Shown one piece after another: positions 1-9,207 of a stretch of DNA of 64,000 nt (position 1 is the stretch's first letter; every line of letters begins with the position of its first letter). The translations under genes were made by a program, and so were the position numbers. The notes beneath the pieces are model-generated. The model worked only from the letters and a program-made list of their open reading frames with translations, had not been told where the DNA came from and searched no databases. Origin of the DNA: Chlorobiota bacterium (lineage in GTDB: Bacteria > Bacteroidota > Bacteroidia > Bacteroidales > JAADGE01); assembly GCA_013152535.1 (NCBI GenBank), contig JAADGE010000027.1, positions 37,916 through 101,915 of the forward strand, read 5' to 3'.

Positions 1-1
1 A

Positions 2-1036
2 AAAGAGAAAATAATATTTAAGATTTTGTATTTAATAATTTTTATTTGGATTAGTGTATTTCTTTTGATTCTTCATTCTGTTACCGGATGGGTTATTTAT
101 TTGATATTATTTATATTTAGTATTCTGCGTTTTACTTTTTATTACAATAATCGACTTATTAAAGCTGTATTTTTTTTATTAACACTATTGATTATTTCAG
201 GAATAAGTTTGTACATAGTTAATTCTGTTCAAAAATTTTATAAAAGTGATATTATTGTTCCCGGTGCAATTGAACATTATACAAAATCCGGTAATTCTTA
301 TAAAAATAATTTTAACAGCACTCAAAAAGAAAACGGTCATTTTGTGAATTTGTATTTATGCGAAAAAGAATTGAAAGAAGAATGGAATAAAGTGAGCAAA
401 ATAAAATATGACGAAACTGATAAAGATAATCAGCCTGTAAAATATACTTTAATAAGATATTTGACATCGAAAAATTTGCGAAAAGACAAAGACGGGGTTA
501 AGCAATTAAGTAAACAAGATATTGAGAATATTGAAAACGGAATGACGAATTATATTTTTGCTGACAGATTCTCATTGTATCCGAAAATATATGAAATACT
601 TTGGCAAATGAATCGATATGCTTCCGGAGGAAGTCCTGATAATCAATCAATTTCTCAAAGATTTGAGTTTTTGAAAAACGGGAAAGAAATTATTAAACGT
701 AATTTTTGGTTTGGTGTAGGAACCGGTGATGTGAAAGATGAATATAAAAAGCAATATAAGCTTTCAAATTCAAAATTATCGGAAAAACATCGCTTGCGTG
801 CTCATAATCAATATGTAACTATTTTTATTACTTTCGGTTTTTTCGGTTTTTTGTGGTTTATGTTTGCATTATTTTATCCGATTGTTAAAACAAAAAAGTA
901 TAAGAATTATCTGTTTTTGATAAGTTTTATTATCATATTTTTTTCGATGTTAAATGAAGATACTTTGGAGACTCAAATGGGTGCTACAATTTTTGCATTT
1001 TTCTTGTCGTTTTTTCTTTTTGTCGGAAAAAGGTAA
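2..1036 (+). CDS. O-antigen ligase/polymerase (Wzy_C-like) family membrane protein, probably 5'-truncated by the window edge
   Basis: The frame is open to the window start, with no stop upstream of the TTG at 26. It has several TM stretches, a long hydrophilic loop, then RLRAHNQYVTIFITFGFFGF, which is typical of the O-antigen ligase domain. Confidence 0.55.
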   Translation, partial: KEKIIFKILYLIIFIWISVFLLILHSVTGWVIYLILFIFSILRFTFYYNNRLIKAVFFLLTLLIISGISLYIVNSVQKFYKSDIIVPGAIEHYTKSGNSYKNNFNSTQKENGHFVNLYLCEKELKEEWNKVSKIKYDETDKDNQPVKYTLIRYLTSKNLRKDKDGVKQLSKQDIENIENGMTNYIFADRFSLYPKIYEILWQMNRYASGGSPDNQSISQRFEFLKNGKEIIKRNFWFGVGTGDVKDEYKKQYKLSNSKLSEKHRLRAHNQYVTIFITFGFFGFLWFMFALFYPIVKTKKYKNYLFLISFIIIFFSMLNEDTLETQMGATIFAFFLSFFLFVGKR

Positions 1037-1040
1037 TGGT

Positions 1041-1058
1041 GCCAAAAATAGTTGGTAA
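1041..1058. repeat. Left terminal inverted repeat of the IS
   Basis: gccaaaaatagttggtaa is the exact reverse complement of 2267..2284. Confidence 0.85.
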
Positions 1059-1154
1059 TTTTTAGAAAAATAATCATTATATTACGACCATTAATCCGAA
1101 AAGGACATAAGCTCTGCTGAGGAGCAACTTATTAGCGATAGGATTAATCTTATA

Positions 1155-1196
1155 CCGCAAAGGAGGATTCACAATGAGTCCTCTTTTTATTTGCGG
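1155..1196 (+). terminator. Terminator-like hairpin inside the IS end, reading inward
   Basis: The inner stem gaggattca (1163..1171) pairs with tgagtcctc (1175..1183) with one G-U wobble and is followed by TTTTT. The outer stem is ccgcaaa (1155..1161) with tttgcgg (1190..1196). The wobble becomes an A-C mismatch on the minus strand, so the hairpin favours the + strand. Confidence 0.4.
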
Positions 1197-1222
1197 GTAA
1201 GTCATATAGCTGATAAAACCTT

Positions 1223-2196
1223 TTACGGATTATTTTTAAAGTATAAATACCACATTATATATTGTTTTCTGTGTTCATAAGATAATCCGCGATGTATATT
1301 TAAATGACCTTTCATATGCCCGAAAAATGATTCAATTGAATTACTTGATTTCGGTATCATCGGATTATCTAAATAAGCAAACATATTGGGCAGAGCTCTT
1401 TTTATTGTCATAAAGGTTCTTCTGACAAGTTTATGTGTAAACCAATATCTGCCGGTTTCAGGATTATAGCTTTTTTCATTAATAAAATCTTTATATTTTT
1501 CATGCCAATTATGTAAATCCAACAGCCAAAAACTTAATTCAAAATGTGAATTTATCAGGTGTATTTTTGAGCTTATCTGTTTCAGCTCATAAGCTGCATT
1601 ATTTTTTGGATTTCTTGTCAGCCAAATTCTGCAATCTCTTTGGATATGTACCAGACAACGTTGTAGGGTTGTATCCGGCAAAGCCTCTTTTACGGCTTTC
1701 AGAATCGATTTGTGACCATCACATGTACTATTTGAACTCCAAGTTTTAAGAGATTAATTAAATCTTCTTTAATTTCAGAATAATATTCTCCGGTTGAGAA
1801 CCGATAGAGTTGAGTAAATTTAATTGTATTATCTCTATACAGAACTAAACAGATACCATTACTGAAATATGTACCGTCAATAATTAGATTTACTTTTTGG
1901 GAAGGATAAACAGATAAAACAGGAGGCTTTGAAAGGTATTGATTAAAATACCTTTTTAAGGTTCTTTCGGAATATTTACTCTCTTTACTTATTTGTTCAA
2001 TTATGCTTCTGCCAATCACCCATTTCTTAAACCAAATAAATCTATTTGATGAACTTACAGATTTGTTCTCCGATGAAAACAAAATACCACAATTATTGCA
2101 TTTATACCGCTGTTTATTTTGTTGTTTGCCCCACTTTATTGTGTCAAGACTTTTACATGCCCAACAACGCTTTTTTTTGAACTTTTCATAAAGCAA
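1223..2196 (-). pseudogene. DDE transposase split by a frameshift (two ORFs, 1699..2196 and 1223..1681)
   Basis: The N-terminal part has a zinc ribbon (CWAC...CNNC) and IDGTYF. The downstream frame read upstream of its ATG gives STCDGHKSILKAVKEALPDTTLQRCLVH, so the catalytic core runs across the frame change near 1700..1720. SNSIESFFGHMK carries the E-containing motif. There is no A/T slippery heptamer at the junction. Confidence 0.7.
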
Positions 2197-2266
2197 AAAA
2201 AGTTTATTGAAACCAATTTCAATAAACTTTCTTCCAGACCTTTGTTTATATAGTATACAGAACTAT

Positions 2267-2284
2267 TTACCAACTATTTTTGGC
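2267..2284. repeat. Right terminal inverted repeat of the IS
   Basis: ttaccaactatttttggc is the exact reverse complement of 1041..1058. Confidence 0.85.
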
Positions 2285-2303
2285 TATTAAACCCGGAAAA
2301 AAG

Positions 2304-3071
2304 TCAAGAACCGAAAGTTTTGTTTCTTGATAAATGAAATGCTTTTACATATTTTAAAAAAACTTCAAAAGCAATGATGCAAGAAATGATAAATCCGTAA
2401 TAACCTTCAAGAAAGCCGAATTTTATAAAATAATTTCTTATAAAATGATATTGAGGGGCAAAAATGGCTTTCAACAATAATAATGATTTGTTTTTATTGA
2501 AATATTCTTCGGCTCTTACTGTGCTGAATTTATTTGCTTGGGCAATGTGTTCTTCAATGCTGTTGTATGAAAAATGCAGTAAATCGCCTTTTAAAAAACC
2601 GGTTTCCGCATTTTTTTTGATTTTTACAATTTCGTGGATTTTATCCCCTTCCCATTTTCCTTTGTTTTTGTTCCAAAGACGAATTTTTTTGTCAGGATAC
2701 CAGCTTGTATGTTTAATCGGTTTACCGCAATAAATATTTAGTCTGTTGAAATCATAAGCATCAAAAGGCTGATTTTCGGGTATTTGTTTTATAGAATTTA
2801 TTAATTTTTCGGAAAGGACTTCATCGGCATCAAGAGATAAAACATAATCATTTTCGGCAAAAGTGACGGCTCTGTTTTTTTGACTTGTATATCCGTCAAA
2901 TTTATGCAGAAAAAATTTTACATTGTATTTTTTACAAATCTCTTCGGTTTTATCTGTTGAAAACGAATCAAGAACGATAATTTCATCGGCAATTTCCCTG
3001 ACGGAGTTAAGACATCGCTCAATATTTTTTTCTTCGTTAAACGTTATTATTACAACAGACAGTTTTATCAT
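2304..3071 (-). CDS. Family 2 glycosyltransferase (LPS/polysaccharide biosynthesis)
   Basis: MIKLSVVIITFNEEKNIERCL...LDADE is a GT2 signature. The start was moved to the ATG at 3071, 1 nt after the dprA stop, instead of the overlapping ATG at 3104. Confidence 0.8.
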   Translation of the reverse strand: MIKLSVVIITFNEEKNIERCLNSVREIADEIIVLDSFSTDKTEEICKKYNVKFFLHKFDGYTSQKNRAVTFAENDYVLSLDADEVLSEKLINSIKQIPENQPFDAYDFNRLNIYCGKPIKHTSWYPDKKIRLWNKNKGKWEGDKIHEIVKIKKNAETGFLKGDLLHFSYNSIEEHIAQANKFSTVRAEEYFNKNKSLLLLKAIFAPQYHFIRNYFIKFGFLEGYYGFIISCIIAFEVFLKYVKAFHLSRNKTFGS

Positions 3072-3072
3072 T

Positions 3073-4197
3073 TTATTTGATATTAATATTTCCGGTAAGT
3101 TCAAAAACTTTTCCCGGCAGGCATCTTACGGCATTTTTAAATTCCATTTCCAATAATAGTGCCGATGTTTTTGCCGAATTAAATCCGGATTCTTTGCAAA
3201 TATAATCAATTACTGCTTTACTGTTTGTTTGCAGAATTTCTGCAATCTTTTTTTCATCTTCCGAAAGTTCAACAAAAAGTACTTGTTGCTTCGGATTTAT
3301 GTTTTGTTCCCAATTTAAAATGTATTCAATATCTTTTGCCGATTGAAGCAGAAATGCTTTGTGTATTTTTATAAGCCAATTTGTACCTTCGGAATATTTG
3401 TCGTCTAATCTTCCCGGTACGGCAAACACATCTCTGTTGTATGAATTTGCTATGTCGGCAGTAACCAATGAACCTCCTTTTGCTGCCGATTCAATAATTA
3501 TACTTGCATGTGAAAGTCCGGCAATAATTCGATTTCGTCTTAAGAAATTCTGACGTTCAAATTTGCTGCCTTTGGTAAATTCTGTTATTAATGCACCTTG
3601 TTTTGTTATTTCTGAAGCCGTATTTTTATGCTTTGCGGGATATATGCGGTCGAAACCGTGAGCCAAAACCGAAACTGTTTCTAAACCGTATTTTAAAGCT
3701 GCTTTATGAGCACAAATATCAATTCCGAAAGCTAATCCGCTGATAATTATAGGATTGTGTCCTGATTCCGAAAGTTCTTTAATTAGATTTTTACAAATTT
3801 CTTTTCCTCTTTGTGTGGCATTTCGAGTTCCGACAACACTAATTATTTTTCTGTTATCAAAAGAAGAAATTGTTCCCTTTTTAAAAAAGAATAAGGGTGC
3901 ATCCGGACATTGTTTTAATAAAAAAGGATAATCATTATCCAAATAAAAATGAAATTGAATATTATTTTTGGTGATAAATTTTATTTCGTCCGTAAAATCT
4001 TCAGGGAGTTGTTTGCTTTGAATAATACTTCTTGCCGTAATTTTACCTATACCGGGCGTTTTTAGTAATTTTTTTTCGGAAGTGTTAAAAATTTCTTTAA
4101 TACCTCCGCAATATGAAATCAGATTTTTAGCATTAACAGGTCCTAAACCGGGAATTTGTGCTAATGCCATTTTATATTTTAAATCATCTGAGTTCAT
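3073..4197 (-). CDS. dprA: DNA-processing protein DprA (Smf)
   Basis: VVGTRNAT..GK, GLAFGIDICAHKAAL and VTADIANSYNRDVFAVPG are conserved DprA Rossmann-fold motifs. Length is 374 aa. Confidence 0.9.
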   Translation of the reverse strand: MNSDDLKYKMALAQIPGLGPVNAKNLISYCGGIKEIFNTSEKKLLKTPGIGKITARSIIQSKQLPEDFTDEIKFITKNNIQFHFYLDNDYPFLLKQCPDAPLFFFKKGTISSFDNRKIISVVGTRNATQRGKEICKNLIKELSESGHNPIIISGLAFGIDICAHKAALKYGLETVSVLAHGFDRIYPAKHKNTASEITKQGALITEFTKGSKFERQNFLRRNRIIAGLSHASIIIESAAKGGSLVTADIANSYNRDVFAVPGRLDDKYSEGTNWLIKIHKAFLLQSAKDIEYILNWEQNINPKQQVLFVELSEDEKKIAEILQTNSKAVIDYICKESGFNSAKTSALLLEMEFKNAVRCLPGKVFELTGNINIK

Positions 4198-4213
4198 TAA
4201 CGATAAACATCAA

Positions 4214-4465
4214 TTATTTGAATATTTTCTGAACTTTGTTGTTTTCAACAAGATAAAGTGAAATCGTATTTTCGTTTGCAGTTAGTTTATTGATAACTTT
4301 TTTATTACCGCTGAAATCATATAAAATAATACGTGCAATATGATTTTTTGCTGTAGCTTCCGATTCTGTAGTACATTTCTCAGCCGTTTCTTTTCCTAAA
4401 ATTTCAGGTAAATAATCTGCCCAGCGTTTGCCGGAATAGTTCATTTTAAAAATTAATTTGCTCAT
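4214..4465 (-). CDS. Hypothetical small protein (83 aa)
   Basis: The ORF is packed between the radical SAM gene and dprA on the same strand. I recognise no motif. Confidence 0.4.
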   Translation of the reverse strand: MSKLIFKMNYSGKRWADYLPEILGKETAEKCTTESEATAKNHIARIILYDFSGNKKVINKLTANENTISLYLVENNKVQKIFK

Positions 4466-4495
4466 TATTTCTGATAATAAAATGTAAATATTTTT

Positions 4496-5599
4496 TTAAG
4501 CTTGTTCAATGTATTCGTATGCCTGATTTCTGTACGCAGGAATAAACCCGGCTTCTGAAATTGCTTCCTGAATTTGTTTTGCATTAAAACTGTGGTCGGC
4601 ACCGGCAACCGAAACTACGTTTTCTTCTATCATTATTGAGCCGAAATCGTTTGCTCCGGCGTGTAAACTTATTTGTCCGGTTGTTTTACCTACGGTAAGC
4701 CACGATGCCTGCATATTTTTTATGTTGGGCATCATAATTCTTGCAAGGGCAAAAGTTCTGATATATTCGTCGGCAGTTACCGTATTTTCTATACCTGATT
4801 TTTCATTCAGTTCTGTTCCTTCATCTTGGAAAGGCCATGGAATAAAAGTTGTAAACCCTTCTGAATTTTCCGGTTTTTCGGCTTGTACTTCTCTTAATTT
4901 TACAAAATGTTCGATGCGTTCTCGGTGTGTTTCAATGTGTCCGAACATCATGGTGGCGGATGTAACAATATTTAATTTATGAGCTTCGTGCATTACGTCG
5001 AGCCATTGTTGTGCCGTGCATTTTCCTCTTGAAACTGTTTTGCGAACACGGTCAACAAGAATTTCGGCTCCGGCACCGGGCAAACTGTCAAGACCTGCCT
5101 CTGTAAGCTGAATAAGAACATCTTTGTATGTTGTTTTTGAAATTCGTGCAATATGGTGAATTTCAGCAGGTCCCAAAGCGTGTAATTTAATATCGGGATG
5201 TATCTTTTTTATGTCGGAAAAGAGTTTCTTATACCATTCTAAGTCAAGTTTCGGATGCAATCCGCCTTGCATAAGCAGTTGGTTTCCGCCGAGTTTTTTC
5301 AGTACTTTTATTTTTTCGTCATATTCTTCGAGAGTGGTAATGTAAACATCGGAAGCACCCGGTTTTCTGTAAAAATTACAAAATTCGCACTGGGCAATAC
5401 ATACATTTGTAATATTTACGTTTCGGTCGATAATCCAGCCGACTTTATTTCTGTTTTTTTCGGTTTGTTTTTTTTTTCTTATTTCGTTTCCTGTAAATAA
5501 TAAATCGGAAGTCGGTGCATTCTCGTATAGAAACAATCCTTCATCAATTGTAAGAAATTCTTGGTTTAATGCTTTTTTATATAATATATTTAAGTTCAT
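4496..5599 (-). CDS. Radical SAM enzyme of the CofH/MqnC/MqnE family (futalosine-type menaquinone biosynthesis)
   Basis: It has the CIAQCEFCNFY CxxxCxxC cluster motif, LMQGGLHP, and HALGPAEIHHIA typical of this subfamily. Length is 367 aa. Confidence 0.65.
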   Translation of the reverse strand: MNLNILYKKALNQEFLTIDEGLFLYENAPTSDLLFTGNEIRKKKQTEKNRNKVGWIIDRNVNITNVCIAQCEFCNFYRKPGASDVYITTLEEYDEKIKVLKKLGGNQLLMQGGLHPKLDLEWYKKLFSDIKKIHPDIKLHALGPAEIHHIARISKTTYKDVLIQLTEAGLDSLPGAGAEILVDRVRKTVSRGKCTAQQWLDVMHEAHKLNIVTSATMMFGHIETHRERIEHFVKLREVQAEKPENSEGFTTFIPWPFQDEGTELNEKSGIENTVTADEYIRTFALARIMMPNIKNMQASWLTVGKTTGQISLHAGANDFGSIMIEENVVSVAGADHSFNAKQIQEAISEAGFIPAYRNQAYEYIEQA

Positions 5600-5651
5600 T
5601 TTCTTTTTTTATGAGATGCAAAGTTAGTATTTGTAGATAACGAACAAATTT

Positions 5652-6644
5652 TTATTTGCTTAACGCATCTTCAATCAGCAAAGTCATAACTTTCTTTATT
5701 GTCATTCCGGCTTTTCGTATCATTTGCGGAACAAGGCTTTCGGCTGTCATACCGGGAATTGTGTTGGCTTCGAGAAACCAATATTCGCCGTTTTTCAGTA
5801 TAAAATCCATACGTACAATGCCTTTGCAATTTAGCACATCATATAATTCGGAAGTTATATTTTGACATTTTTCGGTAAGGTCTTTCGAAATTCTTGCAGG
5901 AATAATTTCCTTAGAAAGTCCTTCATATTTTGCTTTATAATCGAAAAATTCTGTTTCGGGAATGATTTCAACCAAAGGCAGCTTGTATTCGTTATTTTTA
6001 GTTTTGAATATGCCGCATTGTATTTCTTTTCCATCAATAAATTCTTCGATTAAAACTTCATCACTTTCTTTAAATGCTTCTTTAACAGCACCTTGTAATT
6101 CTTCTGATTTTTTTACTTTTGTAATACCGTAACTTGAACCGCCGGCATTTGGCTTTACGAAGCAAGGCAAGCCGATTTGCGAAATTATTTCTTCAGGATT
6201 AAATTTTTTATTTTTACGAATGAGAACAGATTTTGAAATATTAACAATATTGAAATTTCTTAAGAAAGTATTACAGTAATATTTATTAAAAGTTAAGGAA
6301 GATGCCAAAACACCGCTGCCGACATACGGTATCTGCAACATATCGAAATATGCCTGCAACAAACCGTCTTCGCCGGGTGTTCCGTGAATTACCGAAATTA
6401 TAAGATCAAATTTTTCTTTTTGTCCTTTATCGATAAAACTGAAATCGTTTTTATGAATGATTAAACCGCAATTTAAATCATTAATGAGCGTCCATTCGCT
6501 TTCTTTTATCTGAACCGTATATACATTATATTTCTTTTTATCAATTTCATTCGCAACTGTTTCCGCCGATTTTAAAGAAATAAAAAATTCCGAAGAATTT
6601 CCGCCTGCCAATACGGCTATATTTTTCTTGTTCATGTTAATCAT
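5652..6644 (-). CDS. ddl: D-alanine--D-alanine ligase
   Basis: IAVLAGGNSSEFFISLKSA, HGTPGEDGLLQ, FVKPNAGGSSYGI and EANTIPGMT are canonical Ddl ATP-grasp motifs. Confidence 0.92.
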   Translation of the reverse strand: MINMNKKNIAVLAGGNSSEFFISLKSAETVANEIDKKKYNVYTVQIKESEWTLINDLNCGLIIHKNDFSFIDKGQKEKFDLIISVIHGTPGEDGLLQAYFDMLQIPYVGSGVLASSLTFNKYYCNTFLRNFNIVNISKSVLIRKNKKFNPEEIISQIGLPCFVKPNAGGSSYGITKVKKSEELQGAVKEAFKESDEVLIEEFIDGKEIQCGIFKTKNNEYKLPLVEIIPETEFFDYKAKYEGLSKEIIPARISKDLTEKCQNITSELYDVLNCKGIVRMDFILKNGEYWFLEANTIPGMTAESLVPQMIRKAGMTIKKVMTLLIEDALSK

Positions 6645-6690
6645 TAAGTTTAAAAGTTAACAAAAAATTAAGTATTAACCGATAATTAAT

Positions 6691-7281
6691 TTAAAATTTA
6701 GTGATAATAATCTCATCTAAATTTCTTTTCGGGACATGATGCACTCCGTTTTCGTCTCTCCAATAATTATAATTTCCGTTATCGGGTATTTTTTCGATAA
6801 TTATTTCTTTGTCCGGAACACCGAGAGCCAACACAAGTAAAATATCAAGATGTTCGGGGATATTAAGTTCCGATTTTAATTTTTTACGTTGTATTGCGGC
6901 AATTGTGCAACCGCCGTATCCTTTTTCAACGGCACCGAGTAAAATTGATTGAGCAACAAATCCGCTAGCAACTTCGTGGTATGATTTTTCTATTTTCGGA
7001 AGTATTGAATTATCGCCGAGAATAATAATATATGCAGAGGGTCTTTCGCCTTCTTCCGGACCTTGCCAATCCGGTAAAGCACCTGCCCAGCTTAATGTTT
7101 TAAATATTTTTTCATTTTCTTCTGTCGAATTTGAAATGAAAAATTTTAATGATTGTCGATTTCGTGGTGAGGCTGTTAATCTTGCCAAATCAACTAAATC
7201 AACTAAATCTTTTTTCGGAATATCAATTTTTTCTTTGAACCGTCGGTAAGTACGATTTTTCAATATTAATTTTTTTAGCAT
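6691..7281 (-). CDS. Nitroreductase family protein
   Basis: MLKKLILKNRTYRRFKE is a typical nitroreductase N-terminus. ARLTASPRNRQSLKF and the GGCTIAA region also fit. The start is taken at the internal ATG 7281 and still overlaps the upstream gene. Confidence 0.75.
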   Translation of the reverse strand: MLKKLILKNRTYRRFKEKIDIPKKDLVDLVDLARLTASPRNRQSLKFFISNSTEENEKIFKTLSWAGALPDWQGPEEGERPSAYIIILGDNSILPKIEKSYHEVASGFVAQSILLGAVEKGYGGCTIAAIQRKKLKSELNIPEHLDILLVLALGVPDKEIIIEKIPDNGNYNYWRDENGVHHVPKRNLDEIIITKF

Positions 7282-8560
7282 TTTTAGGCGGATTTGTAAT
7301 TGTTTCGGTAAAATCAATCAGTAAGTGCATTAATCCTTCAAATTTACTCAAAGGTAATCGTTCGGGTGTGTCAAAAATATTATGATATTCTTTATATTTT
7401 CCGAGTGTATAGATGAAAAAAGAAGGAACACCTTTTTCAAAAAAGAAATAATGATCGCTGTTTGCTGCTTTTCCTCGTATTTTTATTGCCGGGAGGTAAT
7501 TATTTTTATCATTAATTTCAACCAATTGATTAAATCGGTCTTTAAAAACGCTTCCGTTTACTACAGTAATTCCTTTGTCGCCGCTTCCGACCATATCAAG
7601 ATTAATCAGAAATTTTATTTTACTGAGGGGAAATATTGGGTGTTCCGTATAAAAATATGAACCGAGCATTCCAAGTTCTTCTCCGCTGAAAAACATAAAA
7701 ACGATATTGTATTTCGGGTTTTTTTGTTTTGAGAAATATTTTGCTAAAGTCAGAAGCGAGGCTACTCCGCTTCCGTCATCGTTGGCTCCGGGGAAGAAAA
7801 TGCTTTTTCCCATTGTTCCGAGATGATCGTAATGTGCTGCAAATACAATACTTGTATCAATTTTTCCTTTGATGTATGCAATAATATTTTTTGTCTCAAA
7901 AGCCGAATAATATTTACTGTCAATATCAATTGTTACTTCTGTCGGATTTTCGGGTAAACTTGTTTCTCTCAGAATAATAAGCGGAAATGATTTGCGGATT
8001 TGAGAGGGGACGTATATTAATTTTTCCCTTGTAACTTTAATAATTGCTTTGGCTCTTAAGATATTTCGTTCGGTAATTAATTGATATGCATTATTGAAAC
8101 TCTGACTGTTTAAACCGAATGTATCAATAAGAATTACTTTATCGGAAAAATCGGAAATTATAAATTTTTTAAATTTTTCAGGTGCATTAATAAGTGCTGC
8201 ATTAATTACTTTTAATGAGAAATTGCCTGACAGGGAATCGGAAGATGAAGATATGAGGAAGTCAATCCCGGGAATTAATTTTTTGTTATTTATACTTAAA
8301 AAGTTATTTCCGGAGAATGTATTTACGTGAATTTTGAATGTTTGGAAATAAGACTTATCGAATTTTTTAAGATGTTGTTTTTTGAGTTCTTTTTTAATAT
8401 ATTCGGATGTTTTTTCAGCACCGCCCATAGCATATCCTCTTCCGTGAAAATTTTCTGAACATAAGATATTCAGTACTTCACGAGCGTAATCAATATTTTG
8501 TGATTTGCTTTGTTGAAAACTTAATAAAAATAAACTCAGAAATATGAAAAACGAGCGCAT
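7223..8560 (-). CDS. M28 family zinc aminopeptidase, secreted
   Basis: It has a signal peptide. AAHYDHLG, PGANDDGSGVASLL and FFSGEELGMLGS are M28 metal-ligand motifs. Confidence 0.85.
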   Translation of the reverse strand: MRSFFIFLSLFLLSFQQSKSQNIDYAREVLNILCSENFHGRGYAMGGAEKTSEYIKKELKKQHLKKFDKSYFQTFKIHVNTFSGNNFLSINNKKLIPGIDFLISSSSDSLSGNFSLKVINAALINAPEKFKKFIISDFSDKVILIDTFGLNSQSFNNAYQLITERNILRAKAIIKVTREKLIYVPSQIRKSFPLIILRETSLPENPTEVTIDIDSKYYSAFETKNIIAYIKGKIDTSIVFAAHYDHLGTMGKSIFFPGANDDGSGVASLLTLAKYFSKQKNPKYNIVFMFFSGEELGMLGSYFYTEHPIFPLSKIKFLINLDMVGSGDKGITVVNGSVFKDRFNQLVEINDKNNYLPAIKIRGKAANSDHYFFFEKGVPSFFIYTLGKYKEYHNIFDTPERLPLSKFEGLMHLLIDFTETITNPPKNAKKINIEKSYLPTVQRKN

Positions 8561-8619
8561 TTGTTTTTATATTTTTGTCAAAGTTAAAAATTTGCATCAA
8601 TAAAAAAACTTAAAAAATA

Positions 8620-9198
8620 ATGTTTTTAGAAGAAAAAGTACGTACGGCAGGTTGGATTGAGGTAATTACCGGTTCAATGTTTTCGGGTAAAACCGAAGAA
8701 CTAATAAGACGAATGAAACGTGCAGAAATTGCTCAACAAAAGATTACTATTTTTAAGCCGAAGGTTGAAACGCGTTACTCTGAAGAAATGGTTGTGTCGC
8801 ACGATGCAAAATCAATTAAATCGATTCCTGTTGCAAAAGCCGAAGAAATTTTGGATTTGGCAAACGGTTATGAAGTTATCGGAATTGATGAAGCACAATT
8901 TTTCAGCGATATTTTGGTTGAAGTTTGTAATAGGCTTGCTGATAAAGGAATCCGTGTTATTGTTGCCGGTTTAGATATGGATTTTGCGGGAAAACCGTTT
9001 GGTCCGATACCTCGATTAACGGCAATTGCCGAATATGTTTCAAAAGTACATGCTATTTGTATGCGATGCGGAAATTTGGCACAATACTCTCATCGTTTGT
9101 CTGACAGTGATAAACAGTTCTTGCTCGGGGAAAAAGATATTTACGAACCGCTGTGCAGAAAATGCTATAATGAAGCGATTAACAAAGTTAAAAGTTAA
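8620..9198 (+). CDS. tdk: Thymidine kinase
   Basis: It has the [15 protein letters not shown]-loop, GIDEAQFF, and a C-terminal zinc ribbon CMRCG...CRKC. Confidence 0.93.
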   Translation: MFLEEKVRTAGWIEVITGSMFSGKTEELIRRMKRAEIAQQKITIFKPKVETRYSEEMVVSHDAKSIKSIPVAKAEEILDLANGYEVIGIDEAQFFSDILVEVCNRLADKGIRVIVAGLDMDFAGKPFGPIPRLTAIAEYVSKVHAICMRCGNLAQYSHRLSDSDKQFLLGEKDIYEPLCRKCYNEAINKVKS

Positions 9199-9207
9199 AA
9201 GTTCGCT

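Larger units (their letters stand above)
1041..2284 (-). mobile_element. Insertion sequence, 1244 bp, with IS1595/IS1-type zinc-ribbon DDE transposase
   Basis: Perfect 18-bp terminal inverted repeats: gccaaaaatagttggtaa at 1041..1058, and its reverse complement at 2267..2284. They bracket the transposase reading frames. The element sits between two convergent envelope genes. Confidence 0.8.

Noticed and set aside
4214-5599. Radical SAM enzyme plus adjacent small ORF as a RiPP (peptide maturation) pair
   Set aside because: The radical SAM protein has the full CofH/MqnC/MqnE-type TIM-barrel signature rather than a SPASM/RRE maturase layout. The 83-aa ORF is not Cys/Gly/Ser-rich and has no leader-core appearance.
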